Source: Takakia lepidozioides
Lineage: Eukaryota > Plantae > Bryophyta
DNA length: 64,000 bases
NCBI GenBank assembly: GCA_030704615.1
Contig: CM060734.1
Coordinates: forward strand, 2,852,001 to 2,916,000
Direction: 5' to 3'
The translations under genes were made by a program, and so were the position numbers. Positions 37,700 through 48,772 of this stretch are shown here, in pieces. The stretch's first letter is position 1. The number at the start of each line of letters is the position of its first letter. Under the pieces are notes generated by a model. The model did not search any database. It worked only from the letters and a program-made list of their open reading frames with translations, and had not been told where the DNA came from.

Positions 37700-40600
37700 T
37701 TCAAGCCCAAACTCAAACCAAGCCCATGGTGTTCGATAGTTTCACCCTCCTTGATTTTTTGGCCAAAACCATGTCCTTGTTTCGCACATCATCCTCTTCC
37801 TTCCACATTGGAGGGGCCTCTTTGTCCACCCTTCTCATGTACACCATAGCCTCTTGCAATGTGTACCCCTCGCTATGCTACCCTCGGGATGTGCCTTTTG
37901 CTGCACGGGTGCCTTGAGCTCCTTCATGTAACGTTCAAGAAAGTACATCCACCGAGCATGGACCGGCCCGGCAATCTCCGCCTCTTCCACCAAGTGCACT
38001 ACCAAATGCACTTGGATGTCAAAAAAGTTAGGGGGAAGATGCATCTCCAACATACACAGGACCGTGGCCGCCTCCTCTTTCATTCGTGGAAAATCTGCCT
38101 CGTCCATCTTTTTTTTTTCAAAGCCAACAGAATAAATCACCAAGTCGAAAGACGGCTTTCCGAATGCCCCGATGGAGTGTCCCCTGTGGGAATGATGTCT
38201 TGCAAAATGTTGTGGTAGTCATGAGACTTCAAACCATGGATAGTGGTGGCATCCTCAAATTTGTTGCGTAAAGATGTGCCATACCCGGTCAGCGTCCGGA
38301 TAGCTCGTATTGTGGTCCGCACTTGCTTGTATTCATCCCTTGTCCAAGTCCAAGTTGGCGCCCTATACTTTCACTTGGGAGCATTGTTCATGTCCACACC
38401 ATCATCTTGAGGCCACATTCAATGAAATATGTATAGTCCAATGCATTTCGGACTTGTACCTCCCAATAAGGCAACTCGTAGAAGATTGAGAGCTGGGACA
38501 TGCCACACCTCTTGAGCCGGCGTTTTTTATCCAGCACCTCTTGCCACCGGGCTTTCCAAAATGACCCAGGGGGACGCACGGGTGGAGATCTCCTCTCCAC
38601 GGTCCCATCAAATAATTTCATGCTTCTCGTTCTCCATGGATGGTTGAGAGGAAGAAATTTCCGGTAGTTGGGATAGATCATTTTCCCGACATTCTTCGAA
38701 TGATTTGCATCAAGGTTATCCGGCCCACAACATGATCATCATGCGTACCCCTTTGTGCTTAGTCTCGAACAAACTGAAAGCCCTGCACAAAACCATGAAT
38801 TTAGTTGGGATTTAATATTGTGCGCCTCGTATAAATTCAATGAACCGAGCGTAAACATGAATTGTTAAAAACAAATCATGACGAGTACATACAAACACAT
38901 GATATACAGTAGAATATATATATTATAGGTAATATCAAATTAAATTGTACCTGGATAGTCATGCATTGTCCATAGCAAAAGCCCTCGCAAGAGAAAAGAA
39001 CGTTGGCCAGTGGGTGCCGATGCATCATAAGTTGGAACTCCATTCCATAATATCTTGAGTTCGTCAACCAGTGGACGCAGATACACATCCATATTCTTCA
39101 CTTGTTTTTTTTCCCTACAACACAAATTATTTACAATATATATCAGATCTTTGAAATTCAAATAGAACAAAAGAAAACAAACAAACAAATAATATTCTTA
39201 GTTCCATATATATTCGACATTGTACTACCACTACATCCTAAAGCAACAAAAAAAAGTTGTGTTATTCACCTGGCACAATGGCAGCCAACATGATATGACC
39301 CTTCTTGATAGCAAGATAAGGAGGGATGTTGTAATTAACCAAAGTCATAGGCCAGGTTGAATGGCTAGTTGACTAGGCTGAGAATGGGTTTACAGCATCC
39401 GCGGAGAAGCCGAGCTGAACATGTCTTGGATCGTTCTTCAGAAAAGGCCATTGTTCCTCGGTGTGTTTCCATGCTGGCGAATCGTGAGGGCCGCACATCT
39501 TTCCGAGAGGGCTCCGATGCTCCGCATGCCACTTCATGAGTTGGGCAAATGATGGACTCCGGAATTGTGCTTTCAAGCGCGGGATAACTGGAAAGTAATG
39601 CATTTTATAACATCCCCCACAAACACAACAAATATATCAATATTTACTTTCTTTCATTTGTATCCACATATTGTACGTAAGAGAGGGGTATAAATTTGCA
39701 AAGGTTTGTATGTAGATATTTTGTAAAGTCTACATTAGTTGAAGGATTCATGTAACCTATATGCAAACCCTAATAATATTGGAATGATACAACCTCTTGA
39801 ACCCTAGACCCTAAAATGATATATTAGTTGGTGGACACATGTATATATGTATATATATTCATGTACCTTTTACGTTTATGTATATGAGCATATTTGTAAC
39901 CACTTGAAATGGCAGGAAAGAGAATATAAGAGAATTAATGTACCTTTCGTGGGATCTTCTTTCCTTGAACATCATCTTGGTATCTAGATTTTTTGCACTT
40001 GGGACACGTGGTAGCACGCTCATGCTCTCCATAGTACAAGGTGCGATCACAAGGACATGCATGGATAATTTTGTAGCCCATCCCCACTGTGTCTAGAACC
40101 TGTCTTGCCTCTTTTCTTGAACGTGGCATTTTATGCTCCAAATGGCGGGCGAGGATGTGGTCCGCAATTGTGCGCATGATTAAGGACATGCCAACGTTGC
40201 TTATGCCGAACCGGGTTTGCAAATTAAGCAACAACAGTATAGTGGACAGTCAACTCACTCTTGCCTCGGCTTCCATTGGATTTGGGTCGGCATCTTCATC
40301 CAATGTGGTCGGGCGAGCCATATCCTCCCCAATTTGTTGTCCCTCCCCCAAGTGGTTCATTAACAAATCCTCCATGGCTCTCACGTCGTCAATGTCCATA
40401 TTGTGTTCATTGTCCACCTCGTCACCGTCTTGGGTAATATGGTCGTTTGGGCCTTGTTCTCCGCAGCCAGTACCACTGTTGACCACCTCATCCTGCGTGC
40501 CCTTTGGAGGGTTCACTGACCTCATTTGCTCTTGTACTTGGATCTATAAATACACTCCCAATTCATTTAATATACAATGGTTGGGAATTGCTCCATTTGC

Positions 40601-42669
40601 ATCCAAAAAATATATGTACAGTGGCACATTCAGCCTAAAACCTAAACCCTAATCACCAATCCCTACTGGTGCCACAATAGGGGCCACGATATGTGTACAT
40701 GACTAATCACCATCCCCTAGTACAACTTTCCTCGGCGGCCGCGGGAGTGACGTTTGTAACGCTTGGCAAACACTCTCCACTCCCGATTTCCTCTCCCATC
40801 CCAAGGCTTATCAGAGAACTCATAAGAGGCGAACAACTCTGAACCGGCGGGAATCATACTACATGCACATGTCATAACGAAATTTGATATCGATTGTGCT
40901 AGCCCAACATCCCCGTCATGTCGCTCATCCCACAGTACATTGGTCATTTTAGGTTTACCAATTGAACTATTGATAAACCCTGCAACATTCCCGAACACAT
41001 CGGGATCTCCGTCACATATGACCCTTGTTCCAGGGTCCAGCACCCGATTGAAGACATCGAGGTCATTGACACAAAGACCATAAGGTCTCACCCAAGGGGC
41101 TGCCCGTCGCATCTGCTCCCAATGAAAATCATGTAGTATGGGCCAAAGTAGGGAAATAAGTCCACTGTCTGCCCTCTCCCTGGAGGAACCACAATATCCT
41201 CCATTGCAAATAACCCACGACCCATGGAAGGGTTGGTGGCGGCTCTCACACAATATCGCCGGCCCCAAAACTCAAATGGTTGGCCTTGAGGAATGGGGAC
41301 TGGAGGCACTAGCACACGCCAAAGGCTAGGCCTCAATGGTGTCTGCAACATCGTCCTATACTCTTTGTCAGTAACCCTAGGATCATCGGGCCGTCGTACC
41401 TCAAGTACCGGTGGTGGCCTACACCTCCTAAGGGTCCGGGTGGGACGTGCACGTAACACAGCTATGAGGGCTTGAGATTGGGAAGAGACAGCTGGCCGAA
41501 TATGTTGGGTGACTGGTGATGTGAACTAGGAGGTGGAGTGATATGTGACTGATCGGGTGAGCAACTGGGAGGCGATTGCCCACGGGGTGGACTCGAAGAT
41601 GTGACTCGTGGGCAGGTGTACTAGTGCAAACTAGATGTGATAGAGGTGACCCATGGGCCAGTGCAATACTAGTGCAAAGTGGAGGTGGTAGAGTTGACTC
41701 ATGGATCGGTGGAGTGATGCAAAGTGGAGGTGGTGCAGGTGACTCTGCATGGGCCGATGTACTAGTGCAAATTGGACAAGGAGGAGATACAGATGGATGA
41801 GGATCAGAAGGTGGAGGAGGTGGAGCTAGACTAGTACAACTAGAGCGTAATGGTGATGGATGTGGAATATCGACGAGGCACCGGTGCAAGCGGTGGCCGG
41901 CTGCAAGGTCGGCGACCAAATAATCGAAGGGCATAGGGTAAGCCCCTCGTCTCACGGATCCTATCTATGGCGAGCTAAGGGAAAAACAAAGTCACGTCCG
42001 CAAAGGATGGTCCACCTCCAACTCATCACGTATCTGTGATGTACTGTTTTCGCGCACTTGGAGGGCAACGACTCGTGGTTGCACGTAATATATGATTCAT
42101 GCAATTAGTTTGTTGTTTACTCATATATTTAACCACAATAACTTCCATTACAATATCAATTACAAGTCATTTTTGAATAAACGAGTACCTTACAACAAAC
42201 GTACGTCCTTATATACTAGCACAAATAATGTTACAACAATGGGTTATAGAAGGCTCACCCTTGCCGCATCAGCAATCCCCCATGTCCGATAGTGTTCATC
42301 CACAATATGTGTCTGCCGCAACACGAGAAGATCTCCAGGTGCCACTCGTGCCCAACACCGCTTGCACCAACACTCCACCCGAGGGGGTTTGTCCAAAGTG
42401 GCTCGATCAGGGCCTCGTGGCTCTGGACTAAGAGGCCTAGGACCTTGAGGTGCCAAGCTGGGACGTGGAACGGGATGCTCGAGGCCTTGTGCATGAATCA
42501 CGTGAACATCTCCAGGTACGTCCGCCAACCGCTCATCCTTACATCAGCGTCTTGAAAGAGGTGGAGGTATATCAAGCATGCGAACATCATTGTTGGAGGT
42601 GTTCTCGTCGGGTGGAACTACATTCCGATAATCATCCTCCGTGATTGGCCGAGCCCGTGAGCGTACCAT
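37700..42669 (-). pseudogene. CACTA/En-Spm TnpD transposase (decayed, 3'-truncated)
   Basis: Exon 42669-42259 (CWCKRC..VDEHYRTWG, transposase-associated Zn motif); exon 40543-39944 (IHACPCDRTLY..CPKCKKSRY); about 39606-39270 (YFPVIPRL..DSPAWK..GFSADAVNPF..STWP..YNIPP); about 39113-38951 (DVYLRPLVDEL..WTMHDYPG); about 38783-38460; DUF4218-like GLKSHDYH..FFDIQVHLVVHL..WMYFLERYMKELK..PEGSI. Internal stops and frameshifts. Confidence 0.93.
40717..41974 (-). pseudogene. Pro/Ser-rich linker plus SET-domain exon nested in CACTA TnpD intron 1
   Basis: SET motifs GRGLFAMEDI, LFPYFG, ICDGDPDVFGNVAGFINSS, IPAGSELFASY across ORFs 41088-41459 and 40717-41268 (1-nt frameshift near 41130); acceptor tttttcccttag precedes 41974; further frameshifts in the Pro-rich part. 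Confidence 0.85.
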
Positions 42670-42780
42670 CACCTATAATTTTTTTTCCAAAAACCTCACT
42701 ATTGAAATTGCACATCCAACTGATTTATATGAAATTATATGAAACAAGACATCATGCTTTAAAAAAGGCTCCAACCCCCA

Positions 42781-43167
42781 GGAAGCGACCCCCTGGGGGT
42801 CGCACATACCTTGTGACAGGAAATGGGTGCCAACAACATCCGGCACCAAAAACTTCTAAGGCCCCGGAAGCGACCTCCAGGGGGTCGTAGCTAGAAAGCG
42901 ACGGGAAATGGGTGCCCACAGCATCTGGCCAACTAAAAACTACCAAGTCCCCGGAAGCGACCTCCAGGGGGTTGCTGCTAGAAAGCGACGGAAAGTGGGT
43001 GCCCACAGCATCCGGCACTAAAAATTTCTAAGTCCCCGGAAGGGACCTCTAGGGGGTCGCAGCTACATAGCGACGAGAAATGGGTGCCCAAAGCATCCGA
43101 CCGGCACTAAAAACTTCTAAGTCCCCAGAAGCGACCCCCAGGGGGTCGCAGCTACACAGCGACGAGA
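42781..43167. repeat. Tandem array of about 4.5 x 85-89 bp with AAGCGACC-N-GGTCGC palindromes
   Basis: Unit starts near 42781, 42866, 42953, 43038 and 43127. Confidence 0.9.
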
Positions 43168-43354
43168 TTCTTTGACAAATTTTGATTTGTTAGATTAAAC
43201 GACGGATTACCGTCGTTTAATTTTTAAAAAAATCAAAATCGTCAAGCGACCTCCTTCTCTCTCTCTCACGGCCCTCCCTCTCCCTCTCCTCTTCACTCAG
43301 CTTGCAAGGTAGAGATTTCAACAAGAAGGTGAGAGGTGCGGAGGTCACTTTTTC

Positions 43355-43715
43355 AAATTTGGGTGATGGCAGGCACCCTCTCTCTATCGCCCTAGCTCTC
43401 TGTCAAGCAATTCGCAGCAACGGGGGGGGGGGCAATTCGCAGCCACCCAAGCCCACATGGGCATTTTTTTTTTTGATTTTGGATGATAAAGGCATCCTTT
43501 CTCTCTCCCTCACCACCTCTGTGCAGCAATTCACAGCAACAAGGGGGCTAGCGCAACCACCCCAGGCCACATTGGCATTTTGTTTTTGGATTTTGGGTGA
43601 TGCAGGCACCCTCTCTCTTCCCTCACCACCTCTGTGCAGCAATTCGCAGCAACCGGGGGGGCTGGCTGCACTAGTGCGCGCAGGCACCCCAGGCCACATG
43701 GGGGTTTTTTTTTTT
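43355..43715. repeat. About 3 x 110-120 bp degenerate tandem repeat
   Basis: Recurrent TGATG..GGCACCCTCTCTC..GCAATTCGCAGCAAC..GGCCACAT..TTTT blocks. Confidence 0.75.
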
Positions 43716-44130
43716 CACTACAGGAAAAGGGGGGGGGGTTTAGCGACGCCGTGGCCACGCCCCGGCGTCGCTAAACCGCCCGTTTCGGGCATGGGCACGG
43801 TGCCAATTTAGCGACGCCCAGGCGTCGTTAACAAAACGTCGCAATTATGCGACGGATGGGGGTCTCAAGCCCCCACCCCCCTCCAGCGACGACCGGACAT
43901 CGCTTTTCGGGCGGTCCATGGTGCTGGCAGGGGCCTCCTGCTAGCGACGCTGGGCCGTCGCTGCCCTCCAGCCGACGGCGTCACAACAAAGTTTTTTTCT
44001 AAATTTTCCGGTCGTCGCATACAAAAAGCAAAAAACACGTGGCGCAAGCCGGGTGTTTGTATCATTGACGCCGCTCCGTCGCTTTTAGCGACTCCCGGGC
44101 GTGGCAATAAATGGGACCATTTTTTATGCA
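43716..44130 (+). mobile_element. CACTA terminus or short non-autonomous CACTA
   Basis: CACTACAGGAAAA at 43716 followed by many direct and inverted TTTAGCGACG / CGTCGC subterminal motifs; no intact right TIR (TAGTG) found. Confidence 0.75.
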
Positions 44131-44378
44131 TATATATGTTTTTTTGTTTTTTTTCCCTTGGATTAGATTATTATTATTATTATTATTATTAACAAGAAAG
44201 GGATGGTACCCTGTTCATCAAATAATTTGTAATTTAATTATTTGATTATGCTTATGCTTGAATTTAGAAAATGGCACACTGTATTAAAATGAAATATTTT
44301 GGCCATTACAGTATGCGTCAATCATCAATCCTTTCATATTTCAGGAAAATTTTAGAGCCTAGTCTATGTACTATGTAC

Positions 44379-45439
44379 CAGTGTTGTGCGGGTATAAGTA
44401 AGTTATTTTTGTCAAATCATTTACCCTCCGGGTATGGATAAATTGAAATCTCAAAAAATTATTTATCCTCCGGGTATGGGTAAATTAGCTTTTCAGATTT
44501 CTATATAACCCCCGGGTATGGATATATATGCCAAAATATACCCTGAGGGTATGAATAGTTTCTGGGTATGGATAGTTATTTCCATTAATATATAATTTAA
44601 TGGTTTTAAAGAATATCTGATGTAAAACACAAAAAAAACAATCTATGGTAAAAGAGAAAATTGATAAGATATTGCATAATATTTTGGTGTTAATTTCCAA
44701 TGCAAGATGGAGGAGGTTTGAGATTTTTAAAAAAACACATCAGCTGGTAGCTCAGCTGGTAAGTGCACAGTGTGTGTTACTCATGTGGTTCGGGGTTCGA
44801 ACCCGCTGCCCTACCCCGTGTGTGGGATTGTTCATGTGACTGTATGTTTGGGCGTTGATCGTTCCGTAGGTCTCATGGCCCATAAATGAAAGGGGGTTAA
44901 TCTTTCCCCCTCCTCAAGGGCCTGATTTGTGGGCTGTCGCTCCCATATTTCCTTAAATAAATAAATAAATAAAAATCCCTCAAGGACCTAAATTGTGGGC
45001 TGTCAGGTTTCCTCTTATGTATATATATATGCAAGATCTAAAGAGGTATTGTTTGGGTTATATGACATTTAAGGAATGATATATATGTAACATTTGTTTT
45101 AGCTGTGATTGGAGCTTTCTTATAGCTCAAGGCTCCCTAACAACACAACAAAAAGAGAAAAGACCTAGCACATAAAGGCTATGAAGGCACATAAAGGCCC
45201 TTATATACCCTGATTAGATATACCCTTCATTTTAACATATACCCTTCAGGAAAGTAGGGTATATTGAGGGTCTTGATGCAGGGTAAATATAAGGATAAGG
45301 GTATATCATAAAAATATACCCTGATATACGGGTATACATCCGGGTACCTAAACTTGCCACACCAGGGTATATATATATCAATATACCCTGATATACCAGG
45401 CGGGTATATCAGGGTAATTCATATACCCGCCCAACACTG
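44379..45439. mobile_element. Non-autonomous hAT element (MITE)
   Basis: TIRs CAGTGTTGTGCGGGTATA / TATACCCGCCCAACACTG; perfect 8-bp TSD CTATGTAC (44371-44378, 45440-45447); GGGTAT/ATACCC subterminal repeats. Confidence 0.93.
44741..44975 (+). mobile_element. tRNA-derived SINE inside the hAT MITE
   Basis: Box A TAGCTCAGCTGG, box B GGTTCGAACC, unrelated body, (TAAA)n tail; the 3' body segment recurs at about 44978-45004. Confidence 0.8.
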
Positions 45440-45574
45440 CTATGTACCCTTGCCATAAAATGTTGCTCTGGACATATCCGGAACTTCAAGGCAACAAATG
45501 CAGGGACCCGCCAACTGTTGCAGACACAGTGTTTTACATGACTCAGGGGTTGTGGGGTCCTACACATGTGGTCT

Positions 45575-45725
45575 CACAGACATACTCCAGCGCTTTCCAC
45601 ACTGAATATTGACTGGTAAAGGGACCTGGAGGGCAGCCACATTTTCCATGCATTGTCGAATCCTTCTGGTGGCAGCAGGTAGATGATAGTCAGGTACTTC
45701 GAACATATAAGTTCGTATAAATCTG
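45575..45725 (-). pseudogene. Orphan C-terminal exon of a family-A DNA polymerase (Pol theta/Pol I-like)
   Basis: Degenerate (D)EL.FEVPDYHLPAATRRIRQCMENVAALQVPLPVNIQCGKRW matches the motif-C / VPL.V...G..W terminus. Confidence 0.7.
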
Positions 45726-45887
45726 CCATTCCAACGCAACATCGATTCAGATACAACCACAGAAAGGTCTGGGGTCAGAGATGTACTCGTTGACCATTCA
45801 ATAAGAAAGTCCAGACTATCAAAACTAAAATGCTGCAAGGATGTTATCAGAGAGTTTATTAGCAATGCTGCTGCAGTAAGCTCTAAC

Positions 45888-45968
45888 CTGATTGCGGCCT
45901 AGAAGCCGTTTCTCCATCTCCACCTCAGGACAGTCGAAAAAAAGAATGAATTCGGGGGTGATGCCAGT
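45888..45968 (-). pseudogene. Orphan internal exon of UMP-CMP kinase (adenylate kinase family)
   Basis: cag|[27 protein letters not shown]|gt, 81 nt; no neighbouring exons found. Confidence 0.85.
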
Positions 45969-46690
45969 CTGCACAGATTCTCGCCACAAAAAGAAAAAAC
46001 GGGACTCAATAATATGAGATTGATGGTCCCACACGAACAATCTGAATCCTAGAAAGTCTCTTTAACAAACCGAAGTTGGTTCTGAAAAGGACAACAGTCA
46101 TACTCAGATGGTCTTCATTAATCAGCAAAACACCCCACACATCTCAGCAGAATCTGTTAGAAAGATGGTTAGAAGATTTCAACGTAGCATATGTGTTCAA
46201 TATGTGATCTAATCATGAAGTATGAACTCACCCGCCTTGAAAACTGAAGAACCGATTTTGAGATCTGGTGTGCAAACTGCAACCGTGACGATAAGGATTC
46301 TCGATCCACAGTTGCGCAAAGGCAGGGATGTGGCTCTTCCAAGCATATCAGAATGATGACAGGGAAAAAATATTAACCATGCAAGCAAGACAGGTGCAGG
46401 ACATGATGGCGAAGGCAAAGAAAACAAGATGCTCCTGCAAGCCCTTGCCCAGGGCGGTGATCGAGATCAGAAAGCGAGCAGAAGGCGTCCTGAATATTGA
46501 TGCAAATTTCATTACTTGAAACAATCTTTCTGCAATGCATTTTAGTGGAATTCGAATCCAAAGGTGCATTTGTCCGATTCTGAGAGGATTCTTGCTGCAT
46601 TTGTGTGCACTGAAAGGTGACCACTATAGTTTGTTACGTCCTAAGATACTATTCAACATGTAGATTCTAGTACGAGACTAGTACAAATGT

Positions 46691-48052
46691 TCATTCTTCC
46701 ATGTTTTCTGCTCCATCCTTCTCCACAAGAAGTATACGGGTCATCCGTCCACTGGAGCGCATTATGGTATCCTCCATGCTCTTCATTTGTCGATAATGCC
46801 ACAATTGATTTCCTGGATCTAGCGTCCTCCCCTCCATGGCAAGCTCCATCTGTATGACAAGCAAAATATTAGTAATTTTGATCATTGGATATTTCAATTT
46901 TGTGCCCAAAGAAGAATGATGATACAAGGTGTTGATAAGCGTACCACGTGAAAAAAGAAGCATGCCTGTTCAATGGTAACTTCAACAGGTTCACGTATGA
47001 ATTGTAATGTGGACCTTTCATTACCAAAGACACTGCAGCATGGACCGCTGTACTTCCAAATGCATCTCCGTCCACACGCCAAGCATCATTGACAGCAAGG
47101 TCCTTTAGCTTGATTCCCCATGCATGGACCTCCTCATCTGTTGAGCGGATTCTTGGTCTCGTGACTCCCAACTGATGGTAAAGCTCTGCACGGAGCTTCC
47201 CAGTGACCTTTCCCCGAAAATCTCTCAAGTACCGTAGTATTGGCTTTTGCAATCCCGCCTTTCTGTCGGTTTGACTGCCCCAGTGTTTTAGAAACAATTT
47301 GATAGTAGCATGGTCGGTGATACTCGCATTAAATGCGAGAAGTACCTCGTCTCTGATGGCATTGTACTCTGGGTAAACACAGCTGGATTTCTGAAATCCT
47401 AGGATTAAGTTCTGTGAGACGGCAACCATTTTTTTCTTGTCAAGGTCAAGAACGAATCCACTCGAGAGTTAGTTGCTTGAAGACCTTAATGCAGCAACGT
47501 GGATGCATCAAATGAATATGTAGAAAACTACAAGGCAATCACATCTGTACAAGCTGGTATACTGACCTTGATGTACTCCCAGTCAAGAAATTCAGGGAGA
47601 GTTATGGTAATCTCTAGTGCTAGGTGCACGCTTTGACTCAACGCTGTGATTTGCTTTCGTTGATCGTGAGATACTTGTTTCAAGCTGAGAAGCATCATGC
47701 GCTCCTGTGCGTTGAGATTGTTCTGATCTGGAGTATCTTGCTGTTCAAAACGATTCTCTGAACAGACATAAAGACAACATTAAATCTATATGTGGTCACA
47801 ATTGATGTTTAAAGATTTTAAACAGATATCAAAGAGATCCATAAAATCCTACTTCAAATAGAATCGAACAATTACGATATAACGTGCACCTTGATTCTCA
47901 TGAACTCCGTCAACATGCTCTGAGGATCCGGCATCATTGTTACCAGGCAGATCACTTGGAGCAGCAATTATGCCCCGTCGTCGAGCGGATCCAGTCACTA
48001 CACCCCTGGTCACTCTACTATTTGGTGCTCGGAAAATGCTTGTGCCTGTCAT
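46691..48052 (-). pseudogene. Spliced orphan gene of unknown function (frameshifted), probably TE accessory
   Basis: Exon 1 from ATG 48052 to about 47890; exon 2 about 47758-47567, in phase; exon 3 from about 47484, including the 186-aa ORF 46869-47429; no recognised domain. Confidence 0.5.
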
Positions 48053-48772
48053 AGTCTCGAGTATTTGGAGAACTGAATGTCATAGAACTGAATTTGTTAT
48101 AAGCTTCTTATCCTATCAATACGAATGAGAATACAGTATGAGCTCAAAGGTTGCATTCTCCACCGGGGATGATAAAACTTTCATCCATAAAATTGCCAGG
48201 GTTCAGGGTTTGGGGTGCCGGCAGATACTTTGCCTGTACTCTATGATAATTCTTGTGGAACAAGGTGCTCGATTCCTGCCCAATCAAAGTTACAGGAGCT
48301 GTTTTTACAGAATCGCTAACAGAATCGCTAGAAGTTGGGGAGCCCTTGTCTGGGATCTGATTGACTTCCAAGCTTATCAACCATTTAGGCATTTTTGCGC
48401 GTAATCTGCCAGGGATGGCAGAAACTCGAAAAGCAAAATACAGCCTGTGTATGCTTGAAGTGTTTGGGATGGATGAGGAAAGGGCATTTACTGCATTGTT
48501 AGCTGTATTTTGAAATATGGGAGGGTTCAGCAGTGAGCTTATTCTGCAGAGAGCTGCCCTCCCCAGTGTAAAGTCAACAGGACAGCCATCCCTGCGGTCC
48601 ATTGTGGTGGGGTCCTTGCCTATCAAGATTCCTTTAAAAGCTCAGTCAACATTGAATGAGAAAGTTTTGTGGTACTTGTTAAATGTTCTGTCCCTCTTTC
48701 TTTTCTGTTCACGTACCTTTGTGGAAGTTGTGAAGTGCATAACTTATTCTGCTGTTGAGATGGGTTTTTCAG

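Noticed and set aside
40717-41270. TE SET domain as a local duplicate of the ATX SET exons
   Set aside because: No evident similarity outside the core motifs, no shared introns and no post-SET region.
44741-44815. tRNA gene
   Set aside because: A and B boxes are present, but no convincing acceptor stem or Pol III terminator, and it continues into a body and (TAAA)n tail; called as a SINE.
44130-48420. Helitron termini around the gene-fragment mosaic
   Set aside because: CTAG motifs exist, but none has the expected subterminal hairpin and A/T insertion context.
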